Origin: a virus
Taxonomy: Duplodnaviria > Caudoviricetes
DNA length: 30,101 bases
Direction: 5' to 3' (one strand)
IMG/VR virus record: IMGVR_UViG_3300027756_000034
Coordinates: 1-30,101 of that record
Shown here: positions 1-7,700 of the stretch, one piece after another
How the letters are laid out: every line of letters begins with the position of its first letter
Numbering within the stretch: position 1 is the first letter of the stretch
Position numbers and translations under genes: made by a program
The notes under the pieces: generated by a model
The model's input: the letters and a program-made list of their open reading frames with translations, nothing else
Databases searched by the model: none
What the model was told of the DNA's origin: nothing

Positions 1-1047
1 ATAAGAATAGAGGGAAATAAAAATAATTCTGTATTTAGTACATTTATAGATAAAGCTAGATATTCTGCTTTGTCCGAACTAAGAAGTACATTAAGTACCG
101 ATCTGCTATTAGAAAATGACGAGAGCGTTAATACTCGTATTCAAGGCTATATGAAAAATGGTCAAAGAATAGGGGGTCTATTAGATATAGGACACGTTGA
201 AGGTTACAGTATCGCAGAAAAACGTGTTCAAAACTTATTAGAAAAATTAGAAGCTAAGGTAAAAACCACTAGTAAAAGACAGACTAAAACTCAATCCCCA
301 CTTTTACGCATACTTGCTGAAGTAAAAACAAATCCTAGAGTAGATAAAGTTAAAACTATATCTTTTAAAGCTGATGTTGTAGTAAGAGAACAGGGCGTAG
401 ACTCTAATAGAAATATTCAGAGTGCTAAAGAATTTGCTTTAATAAATTCTATAAAGAAACAAATAAAAGCTTTAGTAGATAGTGAAGATTGGACTAACTT
501 TTCGACTTCTCCTTCTGCAATAGAAATAACTAGACAAAGTATTTTAAATGTAGCTAAAAAATCTGGCGGAAAAGTAAAAGTATCTCAGAGTAATATTAAA
601 AGTAGTAATTATAAAACTAAAAAAGAAATAATTGAAACCTCTACAAATACAGTAGAAAAGGATACTGGTATTAGTCTTAGAGGAGGCAAAGTAGCTAGAG
701 CCCCTACCCAGCAGTCATCTCGGCAGAAAAACTGGTCTAGTTTTATACCTATCATAAATGCAAGGCTAACAGACACTGTTGCCAAAAATATGAAAAGCCC
801 TAGATTAAATTTTAGAACTGGTCGTTTTGCACAATCTGCTAAAGTTGTTAATGTTGAACAAACACGGGAAGGGTTTCCATCATTCGTATTCGATTATGAA
901 AGAGATCCCTATGACGTTTTTGATCGTACACTTGGTCGAAGGCCCTGGAATACCCCACAGAGAGACCCAAGAGCCCTAGTGGATGTATCCGTAAGAGAGA
1001 TAGTTCGTGAAATGGCTATCGGAAGATTTTTCACAAGGAGAGCATAA
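1..1047 (+). CDS. Tail completion protein (T5 p143-like), 5'-truncated by the window edge
   Basis: Frame 1 is open from base 1, so TTG at 70 is probably not the true start. The C-terminus LNFRTGRFAQSAKV...YERDPYDVF...RDPRALV resembles the T5-like RTGRFA..S..V / R.P..L motifs. It lies just upstream of the terminator and tube genes. Confidence 0.75.
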   Translation: MRIEGNKNNSVFSTFIDKARYSALSELRSTLSTDLLLENDESVNTRIQGYMKNGQRIGGLLDIGHVEGYSIAEKRVQNLLEKLEAKVKTTSKRQTKTQSPLLRILAEVKTNPRVDKVKTISFKADVVVREQGVDSNRNIQSAKEFALINSIKKQIKALVDSEDWTNFSTSPSAIEITRQSILNVAKKSGGKVKVSQSNIKSSNYKTKKEIIETSTNTVEKDTGISLRGGKVARAPTQQSSRQKNWSSFIPIINARLTDTVAKNMKSPRLNFRTGRFAQSAKVVNVEQTREGFPSFVFDYERDPYDVFDRTLGRRPWNTPQRDPRALVDVSVREIVREMAIGRFFTRRA

Positions 1048-1499
1048 TGTCAAACCCAGTAAACAGAACTAGGCGTAGTTCTATCGTAGAGGCTCTCGTA
1101 GATAAACTAAAGTCTGTTAGTTTAGCTAATGGGTACGCAACAGATTTAGGTCAGCAAGCATATTCTCGTATGAAGTTCTGGGATGAGATTTCAGAGTTTC
1201 CATGCGTATGTGTTGTTGCTGGACCAGAAACTATCGTTCACCAAGGTGGTGGCTTCAAGGATAGATACCTTGACCTAACACTTAGAGCCTACGTAAACGA
1301 GGAAGAGTCCGTGGAGGCACTAGAAAGACTCCTTGAAGATATCGAGTTCATTTTAGATAATAATGGCAGGTTGGCATACCTCGATTCTAAGGGTGTACTA
1401 GGTGCTACACGCGACATAATCATAACATTCATAGATACAGATCAGGGAGCTCTTTCACCACTTGGTGTAGGAGAAATGACCCTACAAGTCAAGTACTAA
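1047..1499 (+). CDS. Tail terminator protein (T5 p142-like)
   Basis: 150 aa; RSSIVEALV...FWDEISEFP..CV, LERLLEDIE and I.TD.G.L.PLG.GEM patterns; TAATG stop/start overlap; AGGAG SD; expected position before the tube gene. Confidence 0.85.
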   Translation: MSNPVNRTRRSSIVEALVDKLKSVSLANGYATDLGQQAYSRMKFWDEISEFPCVCVVAGPETIVHQGGGFKDRYLDLTLRAYVNEEESVEALERLLEDIEFILDNNGRLAYLDSKGVLGATRDIIITFIDTDQGALSPLGVGEMTLQVKY

Positions 1500-1518
1500 G
1501 GTACTTAGGAGATAATAA

Positions 1519-2973
1519 ATGGCCGTAGGTGATACAAACCTATTTTTCAATAGAGATACTAAAGTATACGCAGTACAGTACACAGGCAACCAGGCTGCAA
1601 ACGTTTGGGAACTCCCAGTTCTAAATGGATACTCTTTCAGTCAAACAACAAATTCTAGCCAAGTTACCGTAAACGAAATGGCTAGTGCCACCGGAAATAG
1701 CCGTCGTGGCCAAGCATCCTTCAATGATTCCCTAGCACCTGCTGAGTGGAGCTTTGATATGTATGCTCGTCCAACTCTTTCTACAACTGTTCGTGCACCA
1801 GAAGAGCTATTATGGCACTCGATGTTCGCAGAAACAGTTCTATATCCAGCAGCCGGTCTAACAGCTGGTATTGCTATTACATCAGCAACTATTGCAACCG
1901 CTGGAGGAATTAATACTCTAACAGCTACTTTCACCACTGCAGCCCCAACAGGCGGAACCTACTTTAAAGTTGGAGATACCATTACTACAAGTGGTCTATC
2001 CGCCGCAGTAGGAACTACTGGAGCAAGTGGTACTTTCGTAGTAACAGCAACTACTGCTTCTACAGTTAGCTATATAGTACCCTCTGGAGTGTCTGGTGTC
2101 GTTACAGTTACGAGCGCTAAAGCAGTATCAGCATCTTATATATCTACAGTAAATGAACTAGACTTTACTACTGCTTCATCAAACAAAACAAAGCTTGCTA
2201 CATTTGATCTATACTTCGTACTAGGTGCTGCAAAATTTACTGGAACTGCACATACATACACAGATGATGAGGTTACTACAATATACAAAGTTGAAAATTG
2301 CTGTGTAAATGAAGCAACTATAAACTTTGATATTGATGGAATTACAACCATCTCGTTCTCTGGTATGGGAACAAGAATCTCGGAGAAAGCCACATTCACG
2401 TTTACTGGTACAGCTAGTAACCCAGGTGAACCAGCAAGTACAGTATATACACTAAATACTGCTGGCGTAACTTCTACTACTAATATGATTCGTAATAGAA
2501 TTACAGCTCTAGATATCGTAGGTACCAACGCAGGTATTAATGGTGGCGCTGCAAAGACCTACGGAATCACTCTAACTGGAGGTAGCATTACTATTAGTAA
2601 TAATATGACATATCTAACTCCAGAAGCACTTGGTGTAGTTAACGTACCTCTAGGTCACGTAACTGGAACTCGTTCTGTTAGTGGCAATTTCACTTGCTAT
2701 GCAGATGAGATTACAAATGGAAGCATTGATCTCTATAGTGATCTTATCACTAATACTTCACTTATCACAAACAAGTTTGCTCTTGATTTTGCAATCGGTG
2801 GTCGTAGAGACACAGGAACTCCAACAGTTCAGGTCAATATTGGACAAGCTCACTTAGAGATTCCAACCATTAACATTGATGATCTTATTGGATTTGAAGT
2901 TAACTTCACTGCTCTACCAAGTACAATTAGTGGAACAAACGAACTAACTAGAATTCGTTACATTGATAACTAA
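1519..2973 (+). CDS. Major tail tube protein (T5 pb6-like) with an internal extra domain
   Basis: RG..SFNDSLAPAEWSF, LTGGSITISNNMTYLTP and AHLEIPTI..DD.IG..V.F.A.P match pb6 motifs; strong AGGAGA SD at about 1507-1512. Confidence 0.92.
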   Translation: MAVGDTNLFFNRDTKVYAVQYTGNQAANVWELPVLNGYSFSQTTNSSQVTVNEMASATGNSRRGQASFNDSLAPAEWSFDMYARPTLSTTVRAPEELLWHSMFAETVLYPAAGLTAGIAITSATIATAGGINTLTATFTTAAPTGGTYFKVGDTITTSGLSAAVGTTGASGTFVVTATTASTVSYIVPSGVSGVVTVTSAKAVSASYISTVNELDFTTASSNKTKLATFDLYFVLGAAKFTGTAHTYTDDEVTTIYKVENCCVNEATINFDIDGITTISFSGMGTRISEKATFTFTGTASNPGEPASTVYTLNTAGVTSTTNMIRNRITALDIVGTNAGINGGAAKTYGITLTGGSITISNNMTYLTPEALGVVNVPLGHVTGTRSVSGNFTCYADEITNGSIDLYSDLITNTSLITNKFALDFAIGGRRDTGTPTVQVNIGQAHLEIPTINIDDLIGFEVNFTALPSTISGTNELTRIRYIDN

Positions 2974-2984
2974 GTAGACCAAAA

Positions 2985-3005
2985 TTTGTTATGTAGCATA
3001 ACAAA
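2985..3005. repeat. AT-rich inverted repeat TTTGTTATG-tag-CATAACAAA abutting the promoter UP element
   Basis: Perfect 9-bp arms with a 3-nt spacer, read directly from the sequence; function unknown. Confidence 0.6.
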
Positions 3006-3043
3006 AAATAGTTCTTGACTTTTATCACCATACAATCTATAAT
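3003..3043 (+). promoter_or_regulatory. Strong sigma70-type promoter
   Basis: A-tract UP element, TTGACT (3015-3020), 17-bp spacer, TATAAT (3038-3043). Confidence 0.85.
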
Positions 3044-3054
3044 TGAATAAATTC

Positions 3055-3089
3055 GGGGGAGCAAAATCCATTTTTGCTCCCCCTTTTTT
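3055..3089 (+). terminator. Rho-independent terminator downstream of the tube gene
   Basis: GGGGGAGCAAAA-tccat-TTTTGCTCCCCC 12-bp stem followed by T6. Confidence 0.85.
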
Positions 3090-3094
3090 GGATC

Positions 3095-3955
3095 ATGTAC
3101 AACTTTATAAAAAACACAAAAGTCTTCCTCGTCCAAAGCGGGCTAAGATACAAGCTTGAGGTATACTCAAATCTATCTGTAAATCAGACGTTTGATGAAC
3201 AGGGGTACAAAAGAAAAACTTTGCATGCATTAGCCGACTTACATGACCATGCTGTGGTTGTAAAAGCCAATCCTGCAAATTTTTCTATAACCGTACCAGT
3301 GTTCGATCAAGCCACTATACAGAAAGAACTTGAGTTATCTTGTGATTATAGCGGAGGGCAGGCCCCTTCATTCGATTTATACATTGAGTCTGACAATGTT
3401 ATATTCAAACTAGAAAAATGCGTATTTGAAGCAACTACTTTTAATCTAGGGAGGAACGAAGTTCTTACTGCTAGCTTATCAGGTACTGCGTCTAAGATGT
3501 TAAAAGTAGCATCCATACCAGGAACTTTACAGAGTACCCCTACTAGACAGAACGTAAGTATTTCGACTTTCTCTGCAAAGATAGATACTACTACATTAGA
3601 CTTTATAAGTAATGCTAATATAGAAATAACTAATAGTATAGAATGGACTAAGAATGATACAGTAAATGATGCTGTGTCTGGTAGTGTTGTATACCCCTTA
3701 AACTATGTTCTAACGGGTAGAGAAGTAAAGGGATCGTTCACACAATTTCTTACAGAAGCGAACGAAACCGAGTTATCAGATTTTTCCACTATACTACCAA
3801 TCGAATTAAAAGTCAATACCAATCTTCTAGTGTTTAATTTACCATCTACTGTATTTACTCGTAGAGAGGAAACAGGAGATCTATATACTAGAACCTATGA
3901 TTTCAGATTAAATACTAATTCTGAAACAGTAAAACCAATATACAAAGGAGTATAA
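3095..3955 (+). CDS. Baseplate tube / minor tail protein (T5 p140-like)
   Basis: ATG 3095 (MYNFIKNTKV) is preferred over TTG 3074, which lies inside the terminator. Motifs QTF.E..YKRKTLH, ANPANFS, VFT.R...GD.Y...YDFRL; expected position after the tube gene. Confidence 0.85.
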   Translation: MYNFIKNTKVFLVQSGLRYKLEVYSNLSVNQTFDEQGYKRKTLHALADLHDHAVVVKANPANFSITVPVFDQATIQKELELSCDYSGGQAPSFDLYIESDNVIFKLEKCVFEATTFNLGRNEVLTASLSGTASKMLKVASIPGTLQSTPTRQNVSISTFSAKIDTTTLDFISNANIEITNSIEWTKNDTVNDAVSGSVVYPLNYVLTGREVKGSFTQFLTEANETELSDFSTILPIELKVNTNLLVFNLPSTVFTRREETGDLYTRTYDFRLNTNSETVKPIYKGV

Positions 3956-3958
3956 TTT

Positions 3959-4405
3959 ATGAATTTAAGTCAACTAATGATTAACACAAAGAGTGCCTGG
4001 GTAGAGTATCCAGTTTATAGTGGCTTCGAAGTAGAAGTCGTAAACTTGTCTCGTCCAGAACTCACTGCTTTACGTAAGCGTTGTGTTACTACTAAGTTTG
4101 ATAAGAAGACCCGCCAGCCAGTAGAAGAATTGAATGAGGACAAGTTCATTTCCGAGTTCACAAAAGCTACTATCAAAAACTGGAAGGGTTTTAAGCTAAA
4201 GTATCTAGAAGACTTTATGCTAGTCGATCTATCTGGGGTAGATGCCGAAGCTGATCTACCATACTCACTAGAGAACGCAGAACTCTTAATCAAGAACTCA
4301 ACCGAGTTTGATACATGGGTTAATGATGTTGTGTTTGATCTCGCCAACTTTCGATCAGGAGCAGAAAGAGCTCCTGTGGCGAAGACTGGAAAAGTGGCAG
4401 AATAA
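3959..4405 (+). CDS. Tail assembly chaperone (gpG-equivalent, T5 p139-like)
   Basis: 148 aa; DKFISEF...IKNWKG, ENAELLIKNS.EFD.WV..VVF.L.NFR; GGAG SD; position before the tape measure. Confidence 0.85.
   Translation: MNLSQLMINTKSAWVEYPVYSGFEVEVVNLSRPELTALRKRCVTTKFDKKTRQPVEELNEDKFISEFTKATIKNWKGFKLKYLEDFMLVDLSGVDAEADLPYSLENAELLIKNSTEFDTWVNDVVFDLANFRSGAERAPVAKTGKVAE
4346..4354 (+). promoter_or_regulatory. Candidate +1 programmed frameshift site AAC_UUU_CGA
   Basis: tRNA-Phe on UUU can re-pair to UUC in the +1 frame while a CGA codon occupies the A site; this joins ...DLANF to DQEQKELLWRR... Confidence 0.6.
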
Positions 4406-4736
4406 TTTCGATGTTGGGATGACCAAGGATAAGTACCTGACCCTCTGTGAACAGACGGGTCAGGACCCTTCCGAAGAGAAATGCCCTCCAGATTTTGAAG
4501 ACTTTCCTTTACCAGTTCAGCAGGCTATTGAAGTGTTCAATAGGTTGGGAGACAGAGTAGTAGCCGACATAGGTTATTTGGGAAAGGACTTTGTTAGTTT
4601 ACCAATACATATGGAAGTTATCGGTGTAGAAGATAAAGAAATCTTTATGGATACACTTATGAGACTAGATTCTTCCATGATTAAAAGGTCGTCAGACCAA
4701 ATGCAGAAAGCTAGAGACAAGATTAAGAAAAAATAA
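4350..4736 (+). CDS. Tail assembly chaperone C-terminal part (gpT-equivalent, T5 p138-like), probably expressed by +1 frameshift (alternative start ATG 4419)
   Basis: Overlapping ORF in the +1 frame with MTKDKYL.LCEQ.G..P....P...EDFP and GKD motifs; no convincing SD or start of its own at 4308. Confidence 0.75.
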   Translation, partial: FDQEQKELLWRRLEKWQNNFDVGMTKDKYLTLCEQTGQDPSEEKCPPDFEDFPLPVQQAIEVFNRLGDRVVADIGYLGKDFVSLPIHMEVIGVEDKEIFMDTLMRLDSSMIKRSSDQMQKARDKIKKK

Positions 4737-4762
4737 GCGCGGGCAACCGCTAGAGAAATATA

Positions 4763-7700
4763 ATGGCAGGTAACAGCGTCGAGTTTCGTGTTGTAGTTAA
4801 TGCTGACGGTCTGGTTACTGGCTTAAAGCAAGTAACTAACTTCGGTAATGAAACCCAGAAAACAGGCAAGAAGGCTAAAGTAGCAGGGGACCAAGTAGAC
4901 CATCTCAATTACACTATGAACCAAGGTGTGACTGGGGCCTCTAGTGCTGCGCGTAGTTTTTCTAAACTTAATCAAACTATTGGACAAGGCGGCGGTGGCT
5001 TAGTTGGGGCATATGCTACCCTAGCAGCCAATACCTTTGCTGTTAGCGCAGCCTTCAATGCTCTTAGATCCGCACAACAATCAGAAATGGTTTTAAAAGG
5101 ACTAGAAGCGCAAGGTGCCCGTACAGGTAGGGCTCTAGTAGTAGTAGCTGATAATTTACGTGATGTTGTAGGTTTTGGTATTAGTGCACAAGAATCCATG
5201 CAGGCTACCGCACTATTTACTTCTGCAGGTTTTAGTGGTGAACAACTTAGTAGATTAGGAGCGGTAGCACAAAATACTTCTTTAGCATTAGGAAGAAATT
5301 TACCTGATTCTCTAGATCGTCTTATTAAAGGTACAACTAAATTAGAGCCAGAACTACTTGATGAACTTGGTATTATGACTAAGTTAGGCGAAGCTACTGC
5401 AACTTATGCTTTAAAGACGGGTAAGTCTGCTGCCTCACTATCCGCTTTTGAACGTAGACAAGCCTTTCTAAATGCCGTATTAGCCGAAGGTGAATTAAAA
5501 TTTGGTGGATTAAACCAAAAAATTGAAGTAAACCCATATGATAAATTAGCTGCTTCATTCGATAATCTTACTAAGAATACACTTAACTTTTTAAATAATA
5601 GCCTAGGTGTAGGAAGTTTTGTTGGCTTTTTATCTACTAGTGTTAGTGGATTAATTGGTGTTATTCTATTATTTGCATCAACCATTCAAAAAAGTCTTTT
5701 AGGTTCTCTTAGTGATCTGTCTAAAAAATCACTAGAAGCTGCTCAAGCAGCTAGAGAACAGTCTGCTCAAATAAAATTACAAGCTGAAGAAAAGCTAAAG
5801 TTAGCTAGAAGTAATGTAAGTTTTGAACTTACTGAAAAAAGAAATATTGAATTACATAAGCAGAGTACAAAGGCCGTAAAAGAAGCTGCTGAGGCTATGA
5901 AGACCGGTACTTTATCTCAAGAAGAGTTTGGTAGAGTACTACAGGCTAACGATAAATCTTTGGCAACTCACATAAGACTGAGAGACAAAGAAGCAGCCGC
6001 AGGAAAGGATACATCAGGCAGACAAGCACTTATTGATAATATAGAGGCACAAGGGATTGCTATAGCTGGTCTAGCAGAAGCCGAAAGGCAAAATGCAGAA
6101 AGAACAATCCCTCTAGAAACTGATGCTATTAAAGAGCGTGAAAGAGAGCGCTCTAAGTCAATGCTAGCTAGAGCTCAGGAAACCGCAGCTACAGCTATTC
6201 AAGAGGCCTCTGAGCGTAAATATATATCTGCTATTAAATCTGGTATTACGGCTACAAAAGAATATCATGCTTCATTAGTCATTTTAAGTAATCAAAAACA
6301 AGTTGACGCAGGAAAAACTGGATTAGCAGCTATTGCAACAGCAGCTTTTGCAAGCGTATCAAATACAGCTAAAACAGCAGTATTTGGTTTAAATATCGCT
6401 CTAAGAGGTTTAGTGGCGGGGCTACTAGCTGTAATAAATGTTGTAGGAATTGCCTTTTTAGTATTTGGAGCATTGAAAGCTACATTTGATTTTATTTACA
6501 GTAAACTTTATCCTAATAGTGTAAAGGCTACAGAACAGCTAAATAAAGCAACAGAAGATTATTCTACTGTACTAGAAAATCAATCTAAGGCCCATGAAGA
6601 AAATAACAGAATAATGAATAGCTCTGCTAGTATAGGGGATCGAGTTCTATTATCCTTTACTAATCAAGCTAACTCAGCTATTGAACTCTCAAAGTCTTTA
6701 AATACGTTAATTGTAGCTAGAGAAGAAGTTCGTAAAGCAGAGCTTCTAGATGCTAATTCAACAGGGGGTACCTCCCTAAAAAGCGAGGGCTCAAAACAAT
6801 TTGGAATTCAAGCATCTTCTGCTGCATTTGAAATTTTACCTTCAGTAATACAAGATGCTACTACTGGCTTAGAGCAGTTCTTCGATCCTTCTGATAATCA
6901 AAAGCAACTAATTAAAACTATTGATGACCTGGGTAAATCAATGGGTAATCAAGGTTTACAAGCAGCTATTATTGGAACTACAGGAAGCCTAGAAAACTTT
7001 AGAAATCTATCTGAAGATAAGCAGTATTCAGTTTTAGGTACAATAGCAGAGTCTAATGCTAAATCTGCAACTAATTTACTATCTGCTGTAGAGGACTTAA
7101 CTTCAGCATATGCTCAAGGTAGTACAGAAGGGGCTAAATTCTTCAATAGTGCTATACCTAACACACCCTTTGATGGTATTGTAAAATCCTTTGAGAAAAT
7201 AAATTCCAGTTTGGCTACTTTTGCTTCTGAGGGTAAAAATGCTAGAGAACAGCTCGCAGCATTATCAAAGATACCGCCCGAATTAACTGATTTTCTAAAG
7301 CCAAAAGATGTAGCTGTATTAAACTCATTTAGAGAAGCTGAATTAATAATTACAGATCTACAGCCAAAGATATCTAAACTCAATGGAGCGGAAAAAGATG
7401 CTGCTGTTATAAAATTAAATAACGCAAAAGCTGTGCTACAAAATTCCGAACAAAACTTAGAGACTTTAACTAAAGCTCTACAGACAGCGGAAGCAGAAAA
7501 TCAACAGAGACAAGCTTCAATAGCATTGTCTAAGGCACAAGCAGGATTAGAGCAAGCTAGGTTATCCAAGTATAGTTCTTTCCTAAATGCAGGTGCTGCT
7601 GGAATGAAAGCGCAGCTAGATTCTCAAGAAAAGATTAATAAATTAAATGTTGCTGGTTTAAGTGTACAAAAATCTATTATAGATGGTATGATTACACAAA

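Noticed and set aside
3074-3094. TTG start at 3074 for the p140-like gene (also the extended starts at 23624, 26769, 27477)
   Set aside because: They lie within hairpins or upstream genes; downstream ATGs fit SD position or homologue N-termini better.
2948-3136. 62-aa minus-strand ORF across the promoter/terminator region
   Set aside because: No homology cue, and it runs through regulatory elements of the opposite strand.
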